Assembly (NCBI GenBank): GCA_964370865.1
Contig: CAYJKF010000001.1
Coordinates: 111,766 to 175,765 of the forward strand
Source: an uncultured Candidatus Saccharibacteria bacterium
Lineage (GTDB): Bacteria > Patescibacteriota > WWE3 > 2-01-FULL-39-13
DNA: 64,000 nucleotides
Direction of reading: 5' to 3'
In this document: piece after piece, positions 1-10,400 of the stretch
Layout of the letters: the number at the start of each line of letters is the position of its first letter
Numbering within the stretch: the stretch's first letter is position 1
Translations under genes and position numbers: made by a program
Notes under the pieces: generated by a model
Told to the model about the DNA's origin: nothing
Seen by the model: only the letters and a program-made list of their open reading frames with translations
Databases searched by the model: none

Positions 1-1181
1 TTAATGAAAAAGGATTAATAATTGGTTTTACAGTCTTCAGTGCGACCTATTTTTTCACCACCAATATAGATACGTTAAAACATATATCTATAACATTGCC
101 AATTAGTGTATTGTTAATAGCAATCTCCTTGAAAAGTATTAGTAAAAAAACTTTGTTAATGATCAACATACTCCTACTATCACTTATATTATTAGGGTAT
201 CTTCCTTACCTAATTACCTTTCTGATAATAGGAATCCTATTGTTGCGACAAAAATCCTTTAATCACTTAAAAATCATGATAGCGATTAACCTCCTGTTTG
301 GAATAATTAGTTCGATTCTTTGGACTTGGGAACAATCCTTATATAACCTTACAAGATTCACATGGGTCCCACAAAATGATAAAACTCTCTATCAACTATT
401 CATGAAAGTATTTTCTGCTTATGAAGGAAACATCATCTCAGAAATACTCCTTTTGATATTAATAGCCGCTGCTATTTATCAGATATATTTTGTAATCAAA
501 AATAAAAATATACATCCTTATTGGAACTATCTTCTATCATTTTTTCTCATATCCATTGTACTAGGCTATGCTCTCTCCTTAAATGTTAGGGTACGCTATA
601 ATCCATTATTTATATTAAGTTTCTTTATTCTATCTGGGTACGGATTATTAAAATTTCCTTTCCGTTATGTCTATATTACAACGCTCTTAATCACTTTATC
701 GCTAAGCACTGTTTCATTTATAGAATTAGAAAGAAGTGACAAATTTTATTTTAATAAATTAAATAATACGATTGCTCAAAAGACAAATCCCAATTTACGA
801 TACAAACTAATTGCATACCCGGATGTTAAACCATATGTCTATCTAGAAGGAACAATAACGGCTAGTGCTAACATAATTCCGAGTAATATAATCACGGATT
901 TTAGTACAAAACATGAAATTTTTGATAGACGTGTAATAGCTAGCGAAGGGCAACTGGATAAATTTCTAGATTCTCCAAATGAAGATCAATTGCGGACATT
1001 CGAAAAATTTATAACGCAAAATAATGATATTGATTCATTTATCTTATTGTTGGAACCAACTAAAGGCGATCAGCGACAATTTCTTTTAATTAATTTATTT
1101 GAAAAGTATTGTCAACCAGAATCTATAGAAGCGTTGAATTATTCGGTCTCGATAAGCTTCTATAACAAATGCGAAATATAA
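1..1181 (+). CDS. Polytopic membrane protein, probable GT-C (ArnT/PMT-like) glycosyltransferase, 5'-truncated by the window edge
   Basis: Frame is open from position 3 with no stop before the TTG at 96; many TM helices, an 'RVRY' loop and a soluble C-terminal domain. Confidence 0.5.
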   Translation, partial: NEKGLIIGFTVFSATYFFTTNIDTLKHISITLPISVLLIAISLKSISKKTLLMINILLLSLILLGYLPYLITFLIIGILLLRQKSFNHLKIMIAINLLFGIISSILWTWEQSLYNLTRFTWVPQNDKTLYQLFMKVFSAYEGNIISEILLLILIAAAIYQIYFVIKNKNIHPYWNYLLSFFLISIVLGYALSLNVRVRYNPLFILSFFILSGYGLLKFPFRYVYITTLLITLSLSTVSFIELERSDKFYFNKLNNTIAQKTNPNLRYKLIAYPDVKPYVYLEGTITASANIIPSNIITDFSTKHEIFDRRVIASEGQLDKFLDSPNEDQLRTFEKFITQNNDIDSFILLLEPTKGDQRQFLLINLFEKYCQPESIEALNYSVSISFYNKCEI

Positions 1182-1202
1182 ATTCGGTGAAAATAATACC
1201 AC

Positions 1203-1565
1203 TTAACTACCATCACCTGCTGAAAAAGGCGGATTAAAATAACTATTATCTCCTTCAGAATAACCTAATAGCTTCAAGACTAGCCCTAAGAAAAAGGTTA
1301 TATATGGTAAAGAAATTAATCCTAATACTGCGAAAACAATATTAGTTAAGCCCTCTCTTAGTTTCGTCATAGCATCTTCACTAGGAGATTTAACTACATT
1401 CATAATCGCCATGAAAACATTATATGCCACGAAAACTAACATAATCGCAAAAAGAAAATAATAAACAACATTTAATCCGACATTAGAAATTTGACCAAAA
1501 GAGGATATGAAATCAGATATATTTGTTGGGTCTGGGATACAATTTTCTACATCAGTACATGCCAT
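1203..1565 (-). CDS. VirB2/TrbC-like (T4SS pilin-like) protein
   Basis: 120 aa, two hydrophobic segments flanking 'SPSEDAMTKLREGLTNIV'; resembles the two adjacent genes. Confidence 0.6.
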   Translation of the reverse strand: MACTDVENCIPDPTNISDFISSFGQISNVGLNVVYYFLFAIMLVFVAYNVFMAIMNVVKSPSEDAMTKLREGLTNIVFAVLGLISLPYITFFLGLVLKLLGYSEGDNSYFNPPFSAGDGS

Positions 1566-1569
1566 CTTT

Positions 1570-1929
1570 TTATTTCAATAAAGTAGGAATAACAAATTGA
1601 ACATTAACTCCGATTAGTCCTCCAACAAATTGTACTAGCCATCCAAGACTTAATGATAGTAAACCTAATACTACTATTACAACGGCCTTCTTGATACCGT
1701 TACTGAAATCAGCCATTGCTTCCTCGCTATCTGATTGGGATAGTTTGTATACTAGCATCATAAGAGTGTATGCAAGTCCAATAAAGGTTAACGCCCATCC
1801 AAGGTAAGAAAACAAATTCAATAGAAAATTGAAGATAGAATACATGCTATCAACTTGTCCGATTTCTGGTAATACTCCAAGATCCTCCTCGGTTATCGCA
1901 TAAGCTTTCTTCACAATAAAATCCATCAT
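1570..1929 (-). CDS. VirB2/TrbC-like pilin
   Basis: 'KKAYA' N-terminal motif, two TM segments around 'DSEEAMADFSNGIKKAV'; shares YLGWA/YKL/EEAM with 2033-2455. Confidence 0.65.
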   Translation of the reverse strand: MMDFIVKKAYAITEEDLGVLPEIGQVDSMYSIFNFLLNLFSYLGWALTFIGLAYTLMMLVYKLSQSDSEEAMADFSNGIKKAVVIVVLGLLSLSLGWLVQFVGGLIGVNVQFVIPTLLK

Positions 1930-1944
1930 TATTTATATTCTAGC

Positions 1945-1978
1945 AAAAAAGAACGGGGTGCTAAAGCACCCCGTTCTT
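1945..1978 (-). terminator. Intrinsic terminator after the 2033-2455 pilin gene
   Basis: Inverted repeat AAGAACGGGGTGCT/AGCACCCCGTTCTT (1949-1978) with a T-run on the minus strand. Confidence 0.85.
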
Positions 1979-2032
1979 ACTCCAAGATGCACTTTTATAA
2001 CTGCATCCTTCAATACCTAAATCGAGTTGTTA

Positions 2033-2455
2033 CTATCCAACAGCAGACACTGGTACATCTGTGAACGGATCAGTTGGTGTTATTTCGTATCCGAAAATTC
2101 CACCTACGAATGTAATTAACCATCCTAAACTCAAAAGTAACAATCCTGCAATAACAATCAAAACTGCCTTAGTTATATAACCTTGTACAGTCTTCATGGC
2201 CTCTTCATTATCTGCATTAAAAAGTTTATATATTAATGAGAATAAAACGAAACCAATTCCAATAAATACCCCCGCCCATCCAAGATACCTAAAGATATTA
2301 TAAACAAACAACAATATCGTATTAAGACCCTCTAGATCTCCGAAATCATTACTCGCTGAATACTCAGTACCCACTAACTCTTGTGCAAATGAAGGAGTCA
2401 CCAATAAAACAAACATTCCAGTGTACGCTGCTAAAATTCCATATAACTTTTTCAT
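2033..2455 (-). CDS. VirB2/TrbC-like pilin, probable major pilin
   Basis: Signal peptide ending PSFA-Q, two TM segments, strong SD (AGGAGGTG) and its own terminator. Confidence 0.7.
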   Translation of the reverse strand: MKKLYGILAAYTGMFVLLVTPSFAQELVGTEYSASNDFGDLEGLNTILLFVYNIFRYLGWAGVFIGIGFVLFSLIYKLFNADNEEAMKTVQGYITKAVLIVIAGLLLLSLGWLITFVGGIFGYEITPTDPFTDVPVSAVG

Positions 2456-2601
2456 AATTCACCTCCTAAGGTAAAAATATTTTAATAAATATTAACTATT
2501 CAACTGAATAAATTCTATACAATAAACCAGATAAACACAACAAACAAGGCAACAGCAGATAATAGCACAACCAGGGTCAAATTGGTATACTTGTCCTAAT
2601 T

Positions 2602-4470
2602 ATGCCTGCCAATTTACGCTCAAAAATTAATAAAATTTTAGGGAACCTATTAATAGTCTTTTTATTGTTAGCGGGATTTACCTTATTTGCTACAAATACC
2701 CTAGCTGATGAAGCCGAAGATTTAAAAAAAATTGAAGAAGAAATCAAGAAACAAGAAAAAGAGCTTAAAGAAACCGAATCTGAACTTAACAAGGTCCGAG
2801 ATAAATCAAAGCAGATTTCAGATACCCTATCGAAACTCTCTGGTAATTTAAATCTAAATCAATCTCAAATAGACGATCTGCAAAAAAATATAGATGAACT
2901 TACAGTAGATATTAATAATTTAGACAAGAAAATGGGGATAAAAAAGGGCGATTTAGAACAAAATACTAAAATCAGAGATATTGCCCTTAAAGAGCTCTAT
3001 ATAAACAACAAGAAAAATCTTGCAGAAGTAGTTTTAGCCGAATCAGGTGTAAGCCAAATGTTCGAAACAGCAGCTTACTACTTCAATTTTGTGAACAACT
3101 CAGAATCACTAATTAGTCTTATAAATGGGGATATAAAGGGATACGAAGAAGACAAAAACGAAGTCGCCGAGATCAAAGCAAAAATCGAGACTCAAAAAGA
3201 CCAACTTAAAAAAGTAGTTGATCAACTGGCTGCTCAAGTAAATAAATCAAAGACTGACCTAGCCTCAACTGAAAAAGATGCTAATTCACTCGAAGGTGAG
3301 AAACAGAACATTCAAAGAAAACTATCAGAACTATCAGCAAAACAGCAAGCAATTTTAGGTGAGAAGACAGATAGTGGAACATTCACAACGAGTGTAGGAG
3401 ATATCCCTATGACAGGTGAAGCAAGTTCACGCGCTGACTTTAATCCTGGTTTTAAAAAAGCCTTCGCTGGATTCTCTTTTGGCGCACCACATAGAAAAGG
3501 TCTTAGCCAATATGGAGCAAAAGGCCGCGCTGAAGATGGCCAAGATTATAAGGAAATACTCAAAGCATATTATGGTGATATAGAAATTGTTGAAATGAGC
3601 GGACTTCCAAAAAACATATCCACCGATAAGGGTTCGCTAGAATTAGATGGTAAGTATCTAAATGGTCTAGCAGAAATGCCTGCTTCGTGGCATAAAGAAG
3701 CACTAAAAGCTCAAGCAGTCGCAGCAAGAACCTATGCACTTTCATATGTTGGATGGCGAGTCTCCGATAAAGAAGCCAAAAAATCTATTTGTACAACAGA
3801 AAGCTGCCAAGTGTGGTCATCCAGCAAAGCAACTGCTTCATCTGCGGCAAGTTGGCACAAAGCCGTAAGCGACACAAAGTCAGAAGTTATGGTAAGTAAA
3901 AAATCTGGTGATATATTCTCTGCCTTTTATGCAGCTTCATCTGGAGGATATAACTACAGTTATTCTAGTATCGGACACAGTACAAAAGGCGGCTGGGACA
4001 CAGAATGTGGCTCCAAAAACTGCTGGACTAGCGAAGCTTACGAAAGTAAAGGTGGTTCACCCTGGTTTTATAAAGGATGGTATAAATCAAGATCAAATAA
4101 AGCCTGTGGAAGATCTCACCCATGGCTAACCGAAAGTGAATTTGCAGATATAGTAGGAGCAGCTGTTCTCTACACTAAAGATGAAGGAAATGAGGCGCAT
4201 CTATCTCAAATTGATGCACAATCCTGCTGGGGTGAAAGTATAAGTGGAACATGGTCGAGAGATACAGTTAAGGAAAAAACTGGAATAACGAGCGTAGACA
4301 GCGTTTCTGTAAGTTACTCTAACGGTGGAACGACGGCTGAAGTGAAAATAAAAACTAATAAAGGCGAATATAAATTTAGCGGAGAGGACTTTAGAGATAT
4401 ATTTAATCTGAGAGCACCTGGAGTGCTAAATATAAAAAGCGCCTTATACAATATTGAAGTTAAAGATTAA
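2602..4470 (+). CDS. Secreted coiled-coil + SpoIID/LytB-family peptidoglycan hydrolase (permuted domain order)
   Basis: Signal/TM segment, long coiled coil, SpoIID motifs 'AEMPASWHKEALKAQAVAARTYA' and 'HRKGLSQYGA...EILKAYYG'. Confidence 0.85.
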   Translation: MPANLRSKINKILGNLLIVFLLLAGFTLFATNTLADEAEDLKKIEEEIKKQEKELKETESELNKVRDKSKQISDTLSKLSGNLNLNQSQIDDLQKNIDELTVDINNLDKKMGIKKGDLEQNTKIRDIALKELYINNKKNLAEVVLAESGVSQMFETAAYYFNFVNNSESLISLINGDIKGYEEDKNEVAEIKAKIETQKDQLKKVVDQLAAQVNKSKTDLASTEKDANSLEGEKQNIQRKLSELSAKQQAILGEKTDSGTFTTSVGDIPMTGEASSRADFNPGFKKAFAGFSFGAPHRKGLSQYGAKGRAEDGQDYKEILKAYYGDIEIVEMSGLPKNISTDKGSLELDGKYLNGLAEMPASWHKEALKAQAVAARTYALSYVGWRVSDKEAKKSICTTESCQVWSSSKATASSAASWHKAVSDTKSEVMVSKKSGDIFSAFYAASSGGYNYSYSSIGHSTKGGWDTECGSKNCWTSEAYESKGGSPWFYKGWYKSRSNKACGRSHPWLTESEFADIVGAAVLYTKDEGNEAHLSQIDAQSCWGESISGTWSRDTVKEKTGITSVDSVSVSYSNGGTTAEVKIKTNKGEYKFSGEDFRDIFNLRAPGVLNIKSALYNIEVKD

Positions 4471-4471
4471 T

Positions 4472-5461
4472 CTAAAGTACACCAAACAAATCGGTTACCA
4501 CAATTCTAACAATCACACCTGAAAGAATTATTAAAAATAATCCTTGTATCCAAGACATGAACATATCTTTTCCCTTTTGAATTGTTGCTGGATCACCGCT
4601 AGATAAGTTAAGACCAATTAGTGGAAGCATAAAGAGCGAAGAAACAACACCAAGTCCTATTGCTAAGATATGTGCATTTGATCCAAGTGCAGTAAAACAA
4701 GACTCAATTCCAGCATCTGGACTACAACCCTCAAATAGTCCCCCATCAAATTCAAAACCGGGACCACTTAAGGGATCTCCAGGCACTGGTACATCTGGAT
4801 CACCAGGCGCATCCACTGGGTCGGGATCGCCTTCTATTGGCTCTGGAACATCATCCTCGTCAAGCGGTGCAGTGTAATCGAAGTAGAATGGTTGCAAACC
4901 CAAGGCGTCACCATAAAATATGCTACCATCTCGCGCAGGATCCCTTACTGGCCTTAGATAGGATAAGTTGTAACTAGCATTGTCATTCAGTTCCTGAATC
5001 ATCGCTGTCGGCAATAAAGGGTTTAACGGAATTCTAAGACCTGCACCCGAAAATAATGCATCTAGGGCGGTAGAAAGTTCTGTCGCTTTTGCTTGGGTAA
5101 CTTCAGAAGGTGAATCTACGCCCAACATTTGAGTATATAACAATGCGTTTAGGCTAAAACTAAACATATCCCCTCCTGCAATTGGTACAATTTCTCCGTC
5201 TTGCACTGAATAATCACCAATGACGATAATATAGTCATTTACATAATCACCTGATTCTCCAATTCCATCCCAAGGAATTGGACTATAAGTAAGGGGGTTG
5301 AAAGTAATATCTTTAAGCGTTAAGTACATCATTCCATCCTCTGGGTCCTGTTCGTAACCAATTCCACCAATCAATACGTCATCCTGGGCATATAATGGAC
5401 TTGAAGATAAAAGAAAAAAGAAAATACCAAGTAATCCTAAAATTAATTTGTTTGTTATCAT
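4472..5461 (-). CDS. Extended pilin-like protein (acidic extracellular domain + C-terminal VirB2-like module)
   Basis: Signal 'PLYA-Q', D/P-rich linker, C-terminal 'SSGDPATIQKGKDMFMSWIQGLFLIILSGVIV' pilin-type signature. Confidence 0.6.
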   Translation of the reverse strand: MITNKLILGLLGIFFFLLSSSPLYAQDDVLIGGIGYEQDPEDGMMYLTLKDITFNPLTYSPIPWDGIGESGDYVNDYIIVIGDYSVQDGEIVPIAGGDMFSFSLNALLYTQMLGVDSPSEVTQAKATELSTALDALFSGAGLRIPLNPLLPTAMIQELNDNASYNLSYLRPVRDPARDGSIFYGDALGLQPFYFDYTAPLDEDDVPEPIEGDPDPVDAPGDPDVPVPGDPLSGPGFEFDGGLFEGCSPDAGIESCFTALGSNAHILAIGLGVVSSLFMLPLIGLNLSSGDPATIQKGKDMFMSWIQGLFLIILSGVIVRIVVTDLFGVL

Positions 5462-5513
5462 TTACATAAATTTAACAGATAGCATTTAAAACTTCTATGC
5501 TAAAATATTTCTA

Positions 5514-5927
5514 ATGACAAATAGAAACAGTCGATTATTGGTTTTATTCTCAATTGCAAGCGCAGAGATTTCTTTTTTACTACCTCGGTATGCATATGCC
5601 CAAGGATGCCAATACGATTTGGATGGAGATCCCCCTGAATTTGGGCCTTATATAGTTTCGTGTTTCCCTAATGTATGGTCAACGATGAGTACACTTATGA
5701 TTGCAGTCGCAATAGGCAGCGCGATGTTACTTCTTTTTACTACTATTAGAGCAAGAAACAATCCTAAAAATTTAGAAACCATTCCTTCGAGATGGATGAA
5801 TTTGATTTTATTTGCCCTTCTAGCAATTGGAGTAGGGGGAACATTATTGAATTTCTTATTAGGCCTTATTGGAGCTGGAAGAGTTCAAACATACATCGAT
5901 ATGCTAGAAAGTGTTTTAAATCCTTAA
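5514..5927 (+). CDS. VirB2/TrbC-like pilin
   Basis: Signal 'YAYA-Q', Cys pair, two TM segments around 'RNNPKNLETIPSRW'. Confidence 0.55.
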   Translation: MTNRNSRLLVLFSIASAEISFLLPRYAYAQGCQYDLDGDPPEFGPYIVSCFPNVWSTMSTLMIAVAIGSAMLLLFTTIRARNNPKNLETIPSRWMNLILFALLAIGVGGTLLNFLLGLIGAGRVQTYIDMLESVLNP

Positions 5928-5939
5928 AGAAATTTTATT

Positions 5940-7397
5940 CTATTTTCTCTTTTTTGGTCCTGCATCTTCTCCACCGAATAGGGGTTGAACTCCAAGTAAG
6001 CCATCTACAATTTTTCTAGCATTTCTTGCTTTCCAAATTATAGAAATACCAAGAAGCCCCTTTAGTAATACGAACCAAAATTCTAATGTTGTATTAATTA
6101 TATTAAACCCGCTAAACAAAGACTCGCCACTGACATCAGGAGCTATACTCATAATTCCCAAACCTATGACTACAAGAAGGAGCAATAACGGTAATGCAAT
6201 TACATCTGAAACGATTCTCTTTCCAAGATTCATAGCAAGACCCTGTTTACCAGGTAGAACTGATAATAAACCAACAAATGGCGCAAGAACGATTGTTGAT
6301 ACAAGGGATACAAAAATCTTAATGAAACCCCAAAGCCCCGCAAACATAACTACTACTATACCTACAATTGCGGCGACCAAAAAAAGTGCCATTCCAACAC
6401 CATATACGTGTAATCTACTTATTACTCCTATGGCACTATTTAGTGCTCCAACTGCAATAGTCCATACACTAATATCCTGAACCGTGCCCCCCATAATACT
6501 CACGAGTAAGGTTGCCCCGATCCTTAAAGCAAGACCGAGTAGAGGCGGGATTAATGCAAAAGCAGCACTAATAATCGGATAGGATAATAAAATTATTCCA
6601 AGTCCTAGCGGTATTAATGGAAGTACGGAATAAACTGACACCGTGACTTGAGGAGAAATTTTAGTTCTAAACATAATCATCAAACCTACGAGTGCTAGAG
6701 CTGCTCCGAAAAGTGCCAAAGAAATATTTCGTGTAATTTTCCAAGACTCTAAAACAAACTTCTCAAAGGTAGAACCAAAAAAACCGCTCTGAGCATAGGC
6801 CGGTGTAGTAAAAATTGTATTTCCTAAAGTATCGTCAACATATAAAGCTAAATTTGTAGGAATTGGTGCCGTATTAGGTGAAGTCAAGAAGGCGAGACTA
6901 TTACTACCTATATGCCCCAAGCCGTTAGGAATTCTGACATACTCACCTTTTCCAAGATCATTAAAATTTGTTGCATTTGTCCATGTTGCGGCTGGGTCAA
7001 TACAAACTCCACTTTCTAAAAGCTCTTCCATTGTTTGATCGCATACATGTTGAGTTATATTGTTATAAACCAAATTTTGCATTAAAAATGATTGCCCCCA
7101 CATATTCGCATTTAATTCGCATTGACCATCTGAATCTACAAATTCTTTGAAACCACACCATAGGTTGTATACAGAAGATAATGATCTCCAAGCTTGTACG
7201 CCAGCTGTAACCGGATTGATAGCCTCTGCAGGAGTTGGATCTACTAATGCTCCAACTTGTGCATTTGTGGCATTTGGTTTTAATAGTGCAGACATTAAAA
7301 CAGCAAAAATGAAAATTGATAAGGCAAAGGGGAATACCCTGTCACCAAAGTTTTGTATTTTTCTAATTAATGAGAATAAAGCGACGATAATATTCAT
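5940..7397 (-). CDS. VirB6/TrbL-like polytopic membrane protein
   Basis: N-terminal extracellular domain, 'WKITRNISLALF' helix, many TM segments; located among pilin genes. Confidence 0.55.
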   Translation of the reverse strand: MNIIVALFSLIRKIQNFGDRVFPFALSIFIFAVLMSALLKPNATNAQVGALVDPTPAEAINPVTAGVQAWRSLSSVYNLWCGFKEFVDSDGQCELNANMWGQSFLMQNLVYNNITQHVCDQTMEELLESGVCIDPAATWTNATNFNDLGKGEYVRIPNGLGHIGSNSLAFLTSPNTAPIPTNLALYVDDTLGNTIFTTPAYAQSGFFGSTFEKFVLESWKITRNISLALFGAALALVGLMIMFRTKISPQVTVSVYSVLPLIPLGLGIILLSYPIISAAFALIPPLLGLALRIGATLLVSIMGGTVQDISVWTIAVGALNSAIGVISRLHVYGVGMALFLVAAIVGIVVVMFAGLWGFIKIFVSLVSTIVLAPFVGLLSVLPGKQGLAMNLGKRIVSDVIALPLLLLLVVIGLGIMSIAPDVSGESLFSGFNIINTTLEFWFVLLKGLLGISIIWKARNARKIVDGLLGVQPLFGGEDAGPKKRK

Positions 7398-7496
7398 AAA
7401 TATAATTAAAGTTATTCTACAAAATATAGAAACTAATACAAGCTATATAAATATCATTAACTACGTTTTTTTTGGTAGACTTTACTAAATTAATTT

Positions 7497-10400
7497 ATGC
7501 CACCAAAAAAGTTCGAGAAACCAGTCACATTTTCTGGATGGGTTGAAGATATATTTAATCTTCCTAAAGAAGTAACTAACCAGACATTCGGAGTAATAAA
7601 AACAAAACACCAAGAATATTTGGTATGGGTAGCTAAAGCTCGTGCCTCGGATGCTGATTATGCTGAAGCAGATTTAATTCGAGCTTTTACTGAAGGTGCA
7701 GAAGCTTTATCAGATTTACAGGGTATAAATACAACTATTAAAGTTAATGAACTATACGCGAAACCTATCAATACTATTAAAGCTCTGGGACAAAGCACTC
7801 TTAAACAATTGACTGACATGGATGATCTCGCTGGTTATCGACGTGCTGATGCAATCGCTAGGTTAACCAAGGGGCAAGTTACAGACGGACGAGGTAACAT
7901 ACCAAACAGCAGATATATTGATGTTGGTCGGTCAATCAATAATCCTCAAAATTTGATCTTAAAGGGACTAACTACTTCTAGAATAATTCCTCTAAAGCCT
8001 GACGCACTAGTAGAAACCACTCCTAGTGGAAAACTGCGATCAACCATGCAACTTGTAAAAGACGTAACGGAAGGAAAAGATCCAGCAGGTGTTGGAGATT
8101 GGGAAGATCGAAAAGTTGTGGAGGATGGTGTCGGCAGGGATCAACAACATAAACCGTATTTACAACTTTCCGGAGCGTTTTCGCAAATGGCAATGGGTCT
8201 TGAGTCCTATGGCTCAAGGTTAAGTCCAAAAATTACAGTTAATACCCAATACGGTCGCGCACTTGCACAAGAAGTAGGAATTGACCTGGAAAAGGTTTTA
8301 AACGGATCAAGAGGCGGATTGAAAGCCAGTTATGACCTAGACATTAAAGATGCAGTAAGCGGAAGACCAAAATTCCTAAAAGATAATAGACTCAAAAAGA
8401 GTGGAGCAGTAACAATAGGTTCTCTGCATCTCACACTAGCAGACGATGCTGGCGGTGATATTCGGAAATTATTATCCGATGACAATTTAATAGCTAAAGC
8501 ATTATCGATTAGCCCTACTGAATACACAAGTATGAGTGGTGAAGTCAAAGAATTCTTCAAAAACTTTTTAGAAAACGAAGAAATTCAGATTCGTTCCGGT
8601 TATTTAAATCCAAGGGGCGAACTTGGTGAAGAAATAAAAGCAAAATGGAATAATGCGGGACTCGTTCCCTCTCTAGAAGGCGAAATATACACTGGTGCAG
8701 GTGCTGCTTATATTAAGAATGACTTATATCATCTATCGAATGCAAAAAGTACAAAACAGTATCTATTAGGTGATGCGTCGCAAAAACAAATTAAAGCTGA
8801 GGCCTTAAAATCTTTGAAAAAAAAATACGGACATGACGCAAAGCTATTAACAGAAAAGACCGAAGAATTTTATGACAGATTGGCTGCGTTAAATGAAGCT
8901 ACGGTATCTGCCAACACCTTATTCGCCTCTGCAACAGTTAAAGATGCACTTAAAGCTATAAAAGATGGCGATTTTATTAAAGCAGCAATCGTCAATACAA
9001 GATTGCTGGGAATGATTCCGTTTTCAAACAAAAAGATGAGATCTCCAATCGAGTGGGCTGAAATTCTTATGCCTGATAGTGCACAAGATATCATCAATAA
9101 GGGAATAAATAGACTAACTAAACCGAAAATCGATGAGTTAAAGAGATTAGCATCAAGTACGACAGATCCGGTAATTCAACAAAGATACCTTAATCAAATT
9201 AAGAATCTAGAAGGTCTGAAAAACTGGATTAATCCAATTACAATTGCCAAGAAAGTTAGCGATACCGCACAGACAGCCATTGGTATTAAGGTAAAAGGAA
9301 GTCAATTAAACGCTGCACAAAAATTGATAAATGAGCAGACCGGACTGTTCAACTCAACTGTCTTCCTGGAATGGAGACAAAGAGATCCCGTATCCATGCA
9401 AAACGCTAAACGCTACACCATGACGCGAGTAAGTTCAAAAGATGCACAAGGCTTATATGGTAAATTTGGGGTTTTTAGTATTTTTGAAGACATAGAAGCA
9501 GCAAATTTATTCGCACATCCAAGCCTATCTGGCCTCCCATATATACATGATATGCAAACGATGTTTACTGATTTATCAAACATCGATGCATTCTATGCGG
9601 AATTAGCTCGAGTTCAGAGCCATTTAAAAGCGGGGACTCCAATACCTGCGGATTTATTAGATTTTTATAACAACGTCGTAGTACCAATGAATTTCCACGA
9701 GGCATTAGGAGGTGCGGGGGAGTTTGTCATCGACAAGGTAATGGATGGATACAATCAATATAAAGTATCAGGCAAAGTTTTACTTAATAAAATATCTGAT
9801 GACGCGAAAATGGGAGTTGGCAAATTGCATGCCATTGACAGGTGGCAATTTTTAAAAACCTTCAAAGGAAGTGGCCGTGCATCACAACTAAATGATTTAT
9901 ATACAGGCTGGTTAACAAAATATAACCGCTATGCCAACTTCTTCAATGATTACATCCAAAAAAATATTATATTTGGCGATGTACTACTTGGTGTACCTAT
10001 CTTGGGAAAACTTTTTGCTCCTATTCAGGCAGTCTTACGTACGATTGGATTTAGCGAGGAAGTTACAATTGCGGCAACTGTGAGACAGTGGAAATGGGTT
10101 CAACGGCTAATCGGAACAGGAGAAAAAGCGTCGAACATAGGGGGATCACTTTCGGCACGAAGCAGTGGTTCATTATTTGTTAAATCAAGATTTTTAAGGA
10201 ATTTAACATCAAAGTTAACAGGAAAATTTGCTGGCACAGCATTAAAAGGATTAGGATTTGCACTTAAAGGTTTAACCTCTGTAATAACTGGTGGTGTAGC
10301 TTTTGTAGTTTCCACTCTCGGTACGATGGCGTTCAGTGCCAGTTTAAAACTTATTAGAGGTGATGTAAAAGGCGCAAAAATCGCGATTAAAGATGAATTT

